DNA of 64,000 nucleotides from Eledone cirrhosa (GCA_964016885.1 OZ024742.1:79050001-79114000), one strand, 5' to 3'. Positions 23,351 through 37,224 are shown, counted from the stretch's first letter. The notes: generated from the sequence alone by a model not told the origin. Program-made: numbers and translations.

Positions 23351-25370
23351 ATCAGATGTAGTGTGTGTCCAGCTTTCATGCTTGTATGCATGTGTTGGGC
23401 AGGAGAGATGTATCAAATGATTAAGGGTTAAGTAAGCATGTTCAACATGCACAGAGTGTATAGGATATTTAGCAGGTGAAAGTGAAGTATTAAGACTGGA
23501 GAGGGGTAATAAGAAGATTAGTGCAGACTAGGTCTCGATCCTGAGGCATCTCCTTTTTGAGGTTTGATTGAGTATAAATATACAGTATGTATATCATCAT
23601 CATCATCGTTTAACATCTATCTTGCATGCTAGCATGGGTTATATTGATAGATTGATTGGAAGACATGTGAGTTTGTATATGTAGGTCAGTATATACACAC
23701 ATGAATATTCATAGGGCAAATCTTTTTCTTTTGTCAATATTACCTATTTCCAATGATACGTGCATTCATGGCCCCATAACTCCTGAAGGAGTTATTTGGA
23801 TGCCATATTGACATACAGCATTTCATAGAGCTTCTTTAAACCTGCCAAAGCCCATCTCTCCAGGTGTAAATACAGTAGATTTCTTTTAGAGAAGGGCAGA
23901 AAGTGAGAGAATGGAAGTGAGAAAGAGATAGAGAGGAAGAATTGACTCTAGTACCAGACTGGTACTTTTTTATTAACCTCAAATCGATGAAAGGCAAAGT
24001 TGACCTCGGCGAGATTTGAACTCAAAGAGCAGAGAGTCAGAACAAATATCCCAAAGCATTCTATCTGATGTTCTAATGACTCTACCAATTTGTCACCAAC
24101 AATTACATTAAGGGTATCTATGTTTATGGAATATTCAATCATTTACATTATAAGGTAATATATGTAGTTTAATTGATCAAGCAACAGGAACACTCATTGT
24201 GGCAACTGACAGATGATCTATTTACACATTCTCACCATTCCTATACCATGTGCATTGCTCTCACTTGGCTATAGCTGTGGCTATTAGATCTAATTCTGAT
24301 TGTGTATACCAATGATTAAAAGAATTCTAGCCATGACTGTGTCATCATTTTAGAGGCTAGTAAGACTACATTATCCACTGTTTTCCATTTTTTAAGAAGC
24401 TAGGTTGAGATTTGAAGAATATTTGGCTACCTTTTATAGCAGATCAATGACAATATAGAGGCTCCCTTGATGACAGTAGTTTAGTAAGTGATATTTGTTC
24501 TTTGTTATAGAAGATGACCAGAATTGACTTGTAGTTGATGAGGTCTATCCAGTTCCGAAATCCTCTCCTATATGCAGGTCACATATGGGAAGTTGCAGAA
24601 TTTGAGCTACTGGAAGCTCTAACATTGCAGAGTTAATATTTCTCAGCAATAGCAATTCCTGCACTTTTAACTACCTGGGCACCACTGTGAGTCAGAATGC
24701 ACTTGTGTTAATTTTGAGTGACTCATAATGTGATCTTTTAGGGATAATTTTAGGCAATCCTTTGAAAATGTTTCAAGTAAAAAATATATGATAAACTTTG
24801 AGCATGGAATTCAACCATCTTTAGCAGATTCCACACCCACAGCAACAGATAATCATTCCTGATATTCATCCAAGATAACATTATCCAGCAACGGTTAACA
24901 ATTCAAACAATCTGCCAAATAGGAAACTATAAAGACTAAATATAATTACTGATGAAAGAAAACAATTCAGCACACAGTCACACGTACATGCTCAACTGTA
25001 TATCACATATACACATACATGCTCAACTGTATATCAATATATATATACATGCTCAACTGTATGCTACATACACAAAGTCAAAACAACACAAATAAAAAAT
25101 GATAATAGTGAAGATTATTTCTTGGGTGCGGAGGCACAAATTTGAAGGAAGGGAACAGCTGAAAATATTGACCCCAGTAATTGATGGGTGCCCTATTTTG
25201 GGGAATATAAGATGTACCAGTATATGTCACACCATGAATTTGAAGAAAAAATCTACAACTATACTTATACATGTATATAGTCTATGTGTGTGTGTATATA
25301 TATACACACACACACACACATATATATATAAATGTATATACATTATTATCATTATTATTACATTCATTAA

Positions 25371-25562
25371 GGGCGGTGGATTGGCAGTATCGGTAGAGGG
25401 TCGGATGCCATGCTTTCCAGCATAGTTACATCCCTTTACGATCTGAGTTCAAATCCCGCCGAGGTTGACTTTGCCTTTCATCCTTACGGGGTTGATAAAA
25501 TAAAGTACCAGTAATGCACTGGGTAATTGCTGGCCTTGTGCCTAAAGTAGAAACAATTATTA
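25371..25562 (+). mobile_element. SINE family A, full length with TSD
   Basis: Complete head, core and tail; attattacattcat on both sides. Confidence 0.92.
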
Positions 25563-25741
25563 TTACATTCATACATTTAGTATTTAAGACACAGTAAGAT
25601 TTTGACATCAAATAGTTGTGTAAAAGGTGCGTCTTATACACTGAAACCAACCTCAAAAAGAATGAAAGACATTCAACTTTGATGGAATCCAATCACAAAA
25701 CATTTTATTCAATGCTCTAACAACTCTGCCAATCCTGCACT

Positions 25742-25908
25742 CTTGCCAAAAGCCAGCAATTACCCTAGTGCTTTATTTCATCGACCCTGTAAGGATGAAA
25801 AGCAAAGTTAACCTTGGTGGGATTTCAATTCAGAACGTAAATGGCCATAACTCTATGCTGCAAAGCATGGTATCCTACCCTCTACCAATACTGCCAATCC
25901 ACCACCCT
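25742..25908 (-). mobile_element. SINE family A, diverged
   Basis: Reverse complement of the family A core and head. Confidence 0.8.
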
Positions 25909-25996
25909 AAAATCCCACTCGTGCCAAAATAATAACAATGAAAATTATTACCAAATTTTAACTTTGGTAGAATTCATAGTTTGATTTAGTTGTTCT

Positions 25997-26104
25997 TCAT
26001 CATCATCATCATCAACGTTTAACGTCCGTGTTCCACGCTTGCATGGGTTTGGACGGGGGTTTTCCCACTTGAGGCAAGAGTGATTATCTTGCTCGCATAG
26101 GACT
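25997..26104 (-). mobile_element. Young RTE 3'-terminal stub (~105 bp)
   Basis: Matches the last ~105 nt of copies 1-3 and stops at gcataggact. Confidence 0.9.
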
Positions 26105-26357
26105 ATCTAGTATATAACTGATACCTATATTCTAATTGACCTATGTTGAATAAAAGTTTAAGCATGGACTTTGAAAAATGAAAGACAGTTTACCTATTTT
26201 ACTTGTGAAGGTGATTGATGTACTTACCTGTAAAAGGAAAGAAATAACAGAATGTTAAGATATTTTTCAATATTAATCATCAGTACAATGTAAATACAAT
26301 AAATATAACAACAACAATAATTGATTGTAATGGCAACATATTGTTCGAGGGAGGAAA

Positions 26358-27020
26358 TAGTATTTCCCAACCTATGGCCACATGATTAAAATGGACCATG
26401 GCAAATTTCAGGTGAGCTACAGAAATTTTATATTTCTACTGTGCCACTAGGCAAATATATGGGCCACAGCTTATTCAATGGTCCATAGAGTTTTTATTGA
26501 CTACTAGTCCTTAAATTAATGAAATAAAATGAATGTAAATAATTTTAATATATTTAGATTATGAAAATTTACTAATTACTTAGTGTTTGAATAACTTTTA
26601 ATTAGACAGGCATTGAAAATACCGTTTCAGGGAGACAAGGTTCTCATTAAATAAATCTATTTGAAACCAATTTTTTTTCTTATAGTTATTCTTATTTTGA
26701 AATTGGTTTTATATTTTGAAGCTAAAGAATTGTTTCTTTAAGTCTTAATTTTTTTTTTTTGATTTTGGTTTTTGGTTTTGTGCTGTATATAGGAAAAATT
26801 GTAAAAATAAATATTAATAATAAATGGTCGTTTCAATGGAGATGCAGAGTATTTTAGATGCTTGTGAAATTGCGTGTTTCCAATAAATAGACATAGTTGA
26901 AACTTTATTGGATATATTCTATGTAAAATGGAAGTAATTTTTTCACTATAATAATTTCATGAGCCACAGAAAAATTCTGTTCAAAGTGGGCTATGAGATA
27001 AAAAAGGTTAGAAACCACTG
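26358..27020. mobile_element. hAT (Charlie-like) non-autonomous DNA transposon
   Basis: Imperfect TIRs tAGTaTTTCCCAACCT / AGGTTAGAAACCACTG and subterminal g(g/a)gccaca motifs. No 8-bp TSD preserved. Confidence 0.6.
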
Positions 27021-27232
27021 GTGTATATGATAGATACTTGTATCACTGATGGAATGATAACCCTTTTTGTTACCATATTTCTAATGAAAAAGACTGCTTC
27101 TCATTTTTACATCATATTATTAAATTGTTTTTTTACATAATGTTATTAAGTTGTTTTTTTTGCAACACTTAAATATTCTTACATAAAATTATGATATAAG
27201 ATTTATAGATAAATATATATTTTTCCAATCCC

Positions 27233-27597
27233 AGGAACAATCCATAAAGTGTTTGATAGCTTCTGCTACCTAAGTGATCTAATTAGTGGTGGAGGAGGTT
27301 GCACATAGTAGGCAAAATAAGAACAGGATGAAAAATGTGCAGGGAGCTAGTAACTCTGATGATAACAAAGGGTTTCTCTATACAAAAGAAAGGCCAGCTG
27401 TATGATGCCTGATTGCAAAGTGTGATGTTGCAAGGCAGTGAGACATGGACAATGAATGCAGAGGATATGTGAAAACTAGAGTAAAATGAAGCAAGCATGT
27501 TCCGATAGATGTGCTGGGAGAAAAGCTGATGGATGAACTGGGAGAAAAGCTGCATATGAGAGAAATCAGCTGTGCAGGAGAGAAAACTGCACTGGTT
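27233..27597 (+). mobile_element. Old RTE RT fragment
   Basis: Translation gives VFDSFCYLSDLISGGGGC, GQLYDA and GSETW, with stops. Confidence 0.85.
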
Positions 27598-27904
27598 CAT
27601 TACTGGTACTTTATTTTATCGACCCCATAAGGATGAAAGGGAAAGCTAACCATAGCAAGATTTGAACTTATGCGACTAAGCATGGTGTTCAACATTCTAC
27701 TGATACTGCCCTTAATAATAATAATTGTTTCTACTTTAGGCACAAGGCCAGCAATTTGAAGGGGAGGGGAATGTCGATTAAATCGACCCCAGTGTATAAC
27801 TGGTGCTTTATTTTATCGACCCCATAAGGATGAAAGGCAAAGCTAACCTGGCAGGATTTGAACTCAGAATGTAAAAGGTCATAACTCCTATGCTTTTAAA
27901 GCAT
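27597..27904 (-). mobile_element. Two tandem SINE family A copies
   Basis: The core tactggtactttattttatcgaccccataaggatgaaagg occurs twice. Confidence 0.85.
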
Positions 27905-27919
27905 AAATACTGTCAGATC

Positions 27920-28240
27920 AAAAATGTGGCCATACTAAATGACACAAGATTTAAAAAACCACCAATTGAAAGTGAAACTGGCAAATCTATTTGGAATGGA
28001 AGAGGGTAATGTGAAAGTGATATCATTTGTGATCAGGGCATTAGAGTCAATCCTATTGAAACTTTAAGACTTCTTAAAGCAACAGGGAATTTCATACAAA
28101 AGACAGCTTTGCTAGGTACTGTGCAGATTTTGAGAAAAGTATTATATGTCTGAGGTCTTTGTTGCCACTTGACAGATGACTAAATACACTAGTGCATTAT
28201 CCATCTGCACTGCATGACAGAGTGATAATAATAATAATAA
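27920..28240 (+). mobile_element. R4/Dong-like (RLE) non-LTR retrotransposon 3' relic with (TAA)n tail
   Basis: VKVISFVIRALESI at 28011 and IQKTALLGTVQILRKVLYV* at 28094-28153 resemble the R4/Dong C-terminus. TAA repeats at 28225-28240. Confidence 0.8.
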
Positions 28241-28313
28241 CAATGATGATTTCTATTATAGATACAAGGCCAGCAATTCAGTGGGGGGGATGGTAAAGTC
28301 AATAACAATAATA

Positions 28314-28499
28314 AAAATTGTTTCTACTTTTGGCACAAGGCCAGCAATTACTCAGTACATTACTGGTACTTTATTTTATCGACCCCGTAAGGATGAAAGG
28401 CAAAGTTAACCTTGGCGCGATTTGAACTCAGAATGGCAAGGGGCGTAACTCTATGCGTCAAAGCATAGTGTCCGACCCTCTACCGATACTGCCAATCCA
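28314..28499 (-). mobile_element. SINE family A
   Basis: Near full-length reverse complement. Confidence 0.9.
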
Positions 28500-29994
28500 C
28501 GGAACAAGTTGAATAAATCAATGACAGCGACTAGTATTTTATTGAGCAAGGATAAAATAATTAATGACAAACAATTATTTTTTACGTGGTATCTGATAAA
28601 TGTTGAGGTCAAAATATTCATTTCAGAAAAACAACAGATTCTCATTGTACTGTTTTGTTTTTTTATACTTCTATTTAATTATGTTATTTATTAAATTGTT
28701 ACTTTTTATAATGACTTGGTATTGAAATCTATAAAAAAAATTGCAAAAATTAATTTGGTTGAGGTCACTAACATCTTTCAATTTAACCCTCTTGATACCA
28801 AGCCACCTCTAGTTCTATGATACAAAACTGTTTGTTTTTAAATGTGTATATTTATCTAAAAACCTTTCATCGTAATTTCATCTCAGAACCTTTGTTATGT
28901 TCTAAACACCAGCTTGATGATGAGAAAGTTAGTTATATTATTAAATCCATCCAAATTCTTGATTATTTTCAAATGTATTCATTAGAAAAGTAGCAACCCG
29001 GTGATTAAATATCTTAATGCTTTGATAGAATAAATAAAATTTCAATTTCAACATATTATGAAGCCTACCAGTGTTTCAAGAAAGTATCTGTTAATTCCTA
29101 TCCAGGTCAAAAACCAATAATGCTATTATACATATCTAATGGCACAGTCATGAACAATACAATTGTGCTATTATCAATAATGTCTTTAATACTGCCACAC
29201 AGTGACAAATAAGTAGGTTTAACCCATTTGATACCAACCCTGGTTTTAAAGTATAAAACTATTTCATTTTCAGTGCTTATATCGATCTAAATACATTCCA
29301 TTATATTTTTATATAAGAACCTTTGTTAAGTTATGTTCCCAAAGCAGCATAGTAAGTTATTCCCTTCAAATCCCTGATTATTTTCAAAATAATTTGAAAT
29401 TAAAAAAAAGATTTTTATTATATGAAAATCAAATTTATTAGAAAGATCTAAATTTTCAATTACTTAATAACAATAAAGAATTTAATATTCAGTGAAACAA
29501 AGAAAAAGAAAGTATCATTGTAAAAGACTATAAATGAGAGGAAAAGGAAGGAAAAGGCAAGGATTATTAAGTAACAAAAGAAATAATTGGTGAAGGGGAG
29601 GTGATAGACTCTACAACTAAGTCAGCAGATAAAATGGCAAAAGCATTGCCAGTGACACCCACAACAAAAGTATGCAATCAATTAAGTTGACAATGGTATT
29701 TGAATTGTTCTTTTGAGTAATTGTCCCTCCAGAAAGATGAAAGGTGAAGTGAGCACCAACTGTGTTCAAATTTAGAGTCCAAAACTACTCATTTCTACTG
29801 TACCATTTATTGAAAATATTTATTGATGTAAAATAAGAAAAACAAAAATTATAAAATATTTGTGTGTATGCACACACGCTAATGGTAATAAATGGGATGT
29901 AGTATTCAAACTAGAGTTTGAAAAGAAAACTTTCTTGTTTTCAAAGGAGCCAAAAGCAAAGGTTGAGGCATAAAAAGAGATAAATAACATCACA

Positions 29995-30018
29995 TAATAA
30001 TAATAATGCTTTCTTTAC

Positions 30019-30060
<42 letters not shown>
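29995..30060. repeat. (TAA)n microsatellite
   Basis: Directly visible in the sequence. Confidence 0.95.
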
Positions 30061-30065
<5 letters not shown>

Positions 30066-30321
30066 TAAACTAAATGAAATTGGGCTGGGATATAAAACAT
30101 GCACCATATGTAAATAAACTTTTAACAAGAGTAGTTTGTTTACAAAATCTGTAAGACAATATTTTCTTCCTTACTTTAGCATCAGACAGTAAGTGAATGA
30201 GAGATGAAGGTTAATGAATGTGAAATATAGATATATATCCACCACTCTTACCATGGTGCTGTGGCAGCTGTGATTTGATCGTAGCTTACAATACTCACAA
30301 TGAAACAAAATAAATACTTAT

Positions 30322-30669
30322 TTCATCATCATCATCATCATTTTACATCCGCTTTTCCCTGCTTGCAAGGGTGGGACGGGAACTGATTCTGGCTTGATTT
30401 CTACAGCTGGATGCCCTTCCTAACATCAACCTCATTTACAGTGAGTGCTGGGTGCTTTTTTTTTTTGCCGTGGCACCTCCACGACCACTTTGCAGTGGAA
30501 TGATAGGAACCCCAGTCCCTATCATCTCATTTCAACAGCTGAGTAAACTGGAGCAATGTGAAATAAAGTGTCTTGCTCAAAGAAACAACACATCACCTGG
30601 TCTGAGAATTGAACTCACAACCTTTCGATTGCAAGCCCAATGCTCTAACCACTAAGCCATGTGCCTCCA
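30322..30669 (-). mobile_element. SINE family B, full length
   Basis: Colinear with 20037-20376. Confidence 0.92.
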
Positions 30670-30777
30670 TATTTATGTATAATATATTGTATAAGGGTTT
30701 ATATGTGCCTTGATTCTGAATCATGCTGTGTTAGTGCTATCAATAAAATAAAATGTTTTAGACGCTCACCACAACAA

Positions 30778-30869
<92 letters not shown>

Positions 30870-31599
30870 TCATTATCATCGTTATTTTGCATCCCCTTTC
30901 CATGCTGGCATAGAAAGGTCAGGTTGCCATAGTCTGAGATGAGACAGGTCAGATCGACCCAAATTTGGCATGGATTCAATGGTTAGATGCATTTCTTCAT
31001 GTCTAACACATTATAGTATGTATTGGATGCATTTTTCTTTTGTCCTTCCAAATTCCCTCAGAAAGCATGGGTCGACCCAATTGACACCCACAATGCCACA
31101 TTGTGGGATTGAACCCAGGACCTAGTGATTGCAAAGCAAACCACCTAACTATTTAGCCACGATATATATAAGTACAAACTATATGTACACACACACGCAC
31201 ACTCCATAAAATATGTGCATACATACAATTACACACACATTATATGCATACACACACTAACATTTAGATTCATTTCCTCACACACAGGCATGCATACAAG
31301 TGGTGGGTGTACTGTCAGTAAGAATCTATTATTTTTTTGGTTCCTCACAATGTGAAATTATCTTTTATGTTAGAAGTTGATGGTGGTCTCTTAACTTTAC
31401 CTTTCATCTCTAACAGACTGATAAATTGAGTACAATTAAGATAAAGTCAAGAAACAAAACTCCCCTTATATTAAAACAAAAAAGTCTTGTTCCTAATTAT
31501 GAAAAAAAGCACCCTAGCGTAGCCTGCGCCACAGTTATCAGTTTATTTTTTGACACCCATATCCTACCAATTATATGATCATAGTGTGTATATATATAT

Positions 31600-32207
31600 G
31601 GTGGCTGCCAACTCGTTTTCGAGTACGGCCACTACTTTATATCCATGTAGGAGAACTCCTACTGATGCGCTAAACAAGTGTGACTTTTTAGTCCAGCCAG
31701 CGACTTGAAAACTCTGGTACAAACACTACACTTGTGACAATTATTGACACATAGTGCTGGGCCCATGGTACCATGTGATGACAAGTGCAGAGAGATCTCC
31801 AGATATAAAGCAATGCCTGTGCTGTGAAGCTTTTATAGTGAGGAAAGGCACTGCACAAAGCCAGTCCCACTCTCTTAACCAAGATGATATTTACCAAAAA
31901 GAAGAACAAGTCAACATCATTGGATACCATCAGGGTTGCAGGTGTTATATCAGAGTTTTCCTTCTCCTAGAATTCTGCCTTGACAAAGGCTAAGGGGTCA
32001 TCTCTCCCGGTGATTTTGGATGGCCATTGACTCTTAAGAGCTCCATTGCCCTTTGACAGGTTTTGTTTTTAGTCCTGCAGGATGTCCAGTCACCCTCCTC
32101 ACCAAGAAACCTTGGTGGGGTTGCCAGTTTAGTCGCCAACGACCCGACCATGAGACAGGTTGTACTGGGATACATGTTACCAGTAGCACCAACTGGTGAC
32201 CTGACGT
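31600..32207 (-). mobile_element. ~600-bp non-autonomous element, probably RTE-derived (5'-UTR-like part plus short 3' part)
   Basis: Second copy at 3488. Minus strand has ctaggagaaggaaaactctga and gcgactaa, motifs I recall from RTE 5' UTRs. (TA)n flanks; no convincing ORF. Confidence 0.6.
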
Positions 32208-32783
32208 ATGTATATATATATATATGTGTATGTATACACACACACATATATATATGTATATATATATATATATATACACACACATTATACTGAAAACACA
32301 GATGTGTTCTACTTATATCATTTTTATGGAAGCTTTTTCATATTTAATTTTTTTTCTTCTTTTTTCAATAGTGAAGGTCCTAAATTTATGTTTATAAACC
32401 TTCCTAATCTCATCTTCAGGACAGAGTCATATAAGTGGTGTATGTTGCTGCCACTTTGTATAAGGCTGGACAAAACGAATGGTGCAAATATTACAGCCAC
32501 AATTTGAATGCTTGACTCATATATTTATATTACATCAGTCAGATGTTTATTTTATGCTTGTAATAAATGCATATTATCTAACTCATACACCATGAGAAGC
32601 AGATGTAAACTGTTGAGGTCTGGATGATTATTTACAAACACACTCATCAACATATACACAACACACTCATCAACACATATATACAAACACACTCATCAAC
32701 ACCTATATACAAACACACACATTAACATATATACGCAAATGCATACATTATAACATGATTATAAAGCAAACACATGCAATAAC

Positions 32784-32814
<31 letters not shown>

Positions 32815-32892
32815 TTTTTTCTCCAAAAATTTCTTTTTCACTCCTCTCTCTTCTCATTCTCTATCTTCATTTTTTTCTTTAATTTCTTACTC

Positions 32893-32930
32893 TATATTCT
32901 GATGAAGGACTAGTGTCCGAAACATTAAGG
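32893..32930 (+). ncRNA. Degenerate minimal hammerhead-like motif
   Basis: CUGAUGA-A-GGAC-uagu-GUCC-GAAA-cauua. Stems I and III are not clearly intact. Confidence 0.45.
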
Positions 32931-35679
32931 TTCTTTTCCTACTATATCAAGCAATAAACAAATATATTTCTTCTTCATTTTTACACACACACACACATTC
33001 TATATTTTAATTCAGATATCAGATAGAGACACAGACATACAAGTGGACAAGCACAAGAACTCAACAGAAAGTCATGTCACATTTGTTCAGCAAGCAAATT
33101 TTTTGCTTTTGTCCCCAATTTTTATGAAGTCGTTTTATGAACATGTATACATGTTCATAAAACTGTTGCAAAAATAACAAAAGCTTAGTCATTGTTTTCA
33201 TATTTGCAATGGCTTTCATTGTATTTGTTGCTAATGCTTTTGTTATACAACTGAACAGTAATTTTAATGAATACATAGTTAAAGGTTTGGTACAAAAGCT
33301 AGTCATAAGATATATAATAAAGGACAATTGGATTGTTTCATTATTTAATGTGTTTTTTGCAGCAGATCAGCCTTGATAATGTAGATGATCAAATGTGTTG
33401 TATCCATGACGAGCCAATCTTTTATTTCAAACTGTACATAGAACTCAATTCTAGATTAATTGTGATCACACACAAGTAAATAATATAGGTCAATGGTGGC
33501 CAAGTGGGTTCTGCAAAAAAAATCTGGGAATTCATGACAAATAATGGTCTTTTAATAAAATTTAAGTTAATATTCAAAATGTGTTGTTTTTTTTTTTGTT
33601 TTTTTTTTTGCATGAATGGATTCTTTTTGTAAAAAAATGTTTACTTCATCTGATGTATGGCAGAGGGAGGGTCAAGGGAGGAAAATATAGGAATGCATTC
33701 AACAGTTTCTTCAACAATAAAGAAGCAAAATCCTATATGGGTTCCAGGACAAAATATGTTTGGGAAGTACTGATACAGACAGTATAGTACATTTCCCAAT
33801 CTAATACCACCTAATAATTATTTTATTAGTTATGGAAGGATGCAAAGCAAAGAAAAACTCAGTAGGATATGAACATAAAAAATAGGCATCAAACAAGTTA
33901 TAAATATAGTAGTGAGTGTAACATCTGTTTCATCTACCATTAACAACTTCCCCCATGTAATAAACATCAACTTAATCAGCTGATGTCACTGTAACTCTAT
34001 GAGTAGTTATCTTATAAATTCTGAAGCAGTAAAAGATGAAGTTAACTGCATCACACCATGTGAGATTTCGAACACCTTATCAAGAGATATGGAACTAAAT
34101 ATGGTAAAGTATTTACTTAATGAATCTCTGACTCTCTTCTGTCTTAGCCATCTCCAATATCTCCCATCAAATAAACATGAAGAATATGCATAATATATAT
34201 CTAGTTCACCCTCACATCAAATGATGGGTGTAGAAAGATATTGATAATTATAATAATAATCATCATCATCATCCTGACGACAATTATCAGATACATTTAG
34301 GAATGCTTCTGAAAGCAAACAAACACAAAAAATACTATATTTCAATCTACATACCTAATTATCAAGCCACCTCTCTTCTCCAATCTATGTGTATTTATGT
34401 GTATGTGTGTGAATGTTTATGAGTTTATTACATGTACATCCCCAAAACCATCAACTTACCTACCCAATTAACTAACATCATATATGCTTACCTCACTATT
34501 AATCAACCTACTAAAAATGTCATACCTATCTGCCGACATACCAACCATCTGTCTATCTATCTATCAAGTTACCTATCTATCTATCATTATCTAACTATCG
34601 TAGCCAGTTATTTGGCCAATTAACTATTTATTATTCTCAAAGTACTTTGCTACTCAGAAGCCTTTCTTTTCTGTACTTACTAACAATTTGGTCTTCTGAT
34701 ATTTTATGTTCTCTTAAATAAAAAAAAAATTCCCTAGCTAGTTCTGATGTTTCTTAAGAAGGGTAGGTGACATACAGACTGACTGGGTACTGTTTAAATG
34801 TCACTTCAGAAACATATACCAGTGAAATATTTCTTTCAAGATATTTTTCACTGATGTTAGCTGAATATATGGCATGGGTGTTTGTGTACGATATATAATC
34901 AAGAAATAAGTAGCTACAATCATATCCATATGTATTCAGTCACACTGTGAAATTAGGCTCACTGGGGTCTTTTCTGTCATGACAGATATTGTTGCAATCA
35001 TTTCGTTAAATAACTGGATACTATGGTTACATTTGAACTAATCACTGATGATGGGTCCTCTGTCAGTCTTGACGATGAGCATTCAGTTACTCAATTAATT
35101 GGAGGTTCTATTCATTAAATCAACATGTAAATGGCTGAGACACATGTACTCTTCCAGAGCTTCCATTACAACTTTGGGATTGGAGTGGCTTAAGTATATA
35201 TACTATACAAATATATTATTATTATTAGCTCATGCTTTTTTTCATCACCAATATGTGAGTAAGAAATATATTCAAAATATGATCATACTAACATATTTAG
35301 AGTCAATACAAAATCACTGTAATAAAAACCAAAGATCATTCAATTAGTTTCCACATTATTGGACGGCCCCCAAAGCCAATTAGAACTGGAAGGCTTTTCT
35401 TAACATAGTTCTCATCCAGAATTTGCATGAAACTAAGTGACAAAGTTGAATCTTTGTACAGGCACAATTTATTCATTAGGCTTTCACACAGGTTCTGACT
35501 AGCTAACTTCACTCACAAGTTTTGACAGACTCATGGTTAAAGTAATAGACACATTCTCAAGATGCAACATAGTGGGATTGACCTGGAATCTCATGATTGC
35601 AAAGCAAAATTCTTAACCACTCAGCCATGCAAACTTTAAAATGCTTTGTGATTAGCAGGTAAATCTTTAATATAAGATT

Positions 35680-35945
35680 TTTCGGTTGTAGAAAGAATCC
35701 TTAAAGAAGATTAGGTTACAAGGCTGCGTGTTTAAGTTTCTTCGTCAGGAAAGGATCAAATAGGAAAGCACAGCATGGAAATACAACAAAGGTTGTTTTT
35801 TTTTTCGTAAATTATTACAAGTACTAAAAGACCAAAAAGCTGCCACTGTTTAGAAGTGAAAAGAGGTGTAAATTCGCTTGCCGGGCGGAAGTTCCTGTCA
35901 ACTGACCAAGCACAACCCAATTGTTCTGCCGCGATAAGGTAGTGC
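35680..35945 (+). promoter_or_regulatory. CpG-enriched patch with an ETS-type motif; possible promoter or first exon
   Basis: About 9 CpGs in 265 bp within CpG-poor DNA. GCCGGGCGGAAGT at 35880-35893; AG|GTAGTG donor-like site at 35939. Confidence 0.3.
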
Positions 35946-36232
35946 CATTTCTTACTACAACTTTAATAATATTAAGCCCTTTATTTCCATGTGGATATGT
36001 GCATCCAGCTAAAAAAAACAAGCCAGAAAAGTTCTATAGAAGCAAGACAAGGTCACCTGATCTGACTTGTCTCAAATGGGACAACACATCTTACCTATGC
36101 CAGCATGGAAAATGGATATTAAACAGTGATGATGATGATGGTGATACAGCATCATACAACTATCTACACTGTAGTTAGAAGGATCATTAGCTTTCTCCTA
36201 ACTCACATCAATATCTAATAAGACATCCAATA

Positions 36233-36417
36233 AATAATTGTTTCTACTTTAGCACAAGGCCAGCAATATTACCAGTGCATTACTGGTACTTTATTTTATC
36301 GACCCCGTAAGGATGAAAGGCTAAGTTAACCTCGGCGGGATTTGAACTCAGACCGCAAAGGGGCGTAACACTATGCTGCAAAGCATGGCATCCGACCCTC
36401 CTCCGATACTGCCAATC
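36233..36417 (-). mobile_element. SINE family A
   Basis: Near full length; atcca(a)ataaataat on both flanks. Confidence 0.9.
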
Positions 36418-36669
36418 AACTACTATCCAAATAAATAATGCTGTTTTTTATACTTCTATTAATTGTAAAAATTAAGATAAACTCCACTTTTCAAAGCTTG
36501 CACTAAGAATGAGGACAAGGTGAACTTAATACCTGCTTTTATAGCAAGTTAATGAAGGCGTTTATCCCCACCCCTCTGACTTTCATTGCGTGCAGTTGAA
36601 AAAATACATATTATGTATTGGATGATCCAATATATTCCACATATTCCTCATTATCTTTCTTGTATTTAC

Positions 36670-36905
36670 AAAGAGAAATGGAATGAGTTGGTTGGATTGT
36701 GTGCTGATGAAGGATGTGAGAAGTGTAATGGAAATTAATGTGAAAGGTAATAGAGGAATGGGAAGACCAAGTAAGACAGCTAAAAATGGAGGAGGAAATT
36801 AAAGCTGGTGAGATGTAGATGATAGGGGAAAATGGAGAAGCTTGTCATGGGGTCTAGAAGGCTAAATCCCACTTTAGTAGGAAAGATGGCCTTTAAACAC
36901 TTACT
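36670..36905 (+). mobile_element. Old RTE-like C-terminal relic
   Basis: Translation MEINVKGNRGMGRPSKT. Confidence 0.55.
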
Positions 36906-37224
36906 GTTATTGTTAGCTTTCTTTCATCTACAATACATATGACACTGAAATTGATTTTACAGAGCCATCACGATAAGGATGATGATAAAGATAATGATGA
37001 CAATGGCGATTATGATGCTAACTGCTTTTGATAAAGTAATTACAAAACATTGGAATTTTAAGTCTTCTTAATACCACGAGATGAATATATTACATATTCT
37101 ATTCTAACCATTAATTAATCTCATTATGGATGATTTTCATATTTTAATCATCTTTAAAGATTCATGAGTAATTAAACTATTTACCATCATCATTATCATC
37201 ACTATCATCAATTTACTTCTACTT

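Noticed and set aside
24490-24700. Exon-like sequence after ttgttctttgttatag
   Set aside because: All three plus-strand frames stop within a few codons and the minus-strand frame checked is also interrupted.
35680-35752. Minus-strand CUGACGA..GAAA hammerhead candidate
   Set aside because: Stems II and III could not be formed convincingly.
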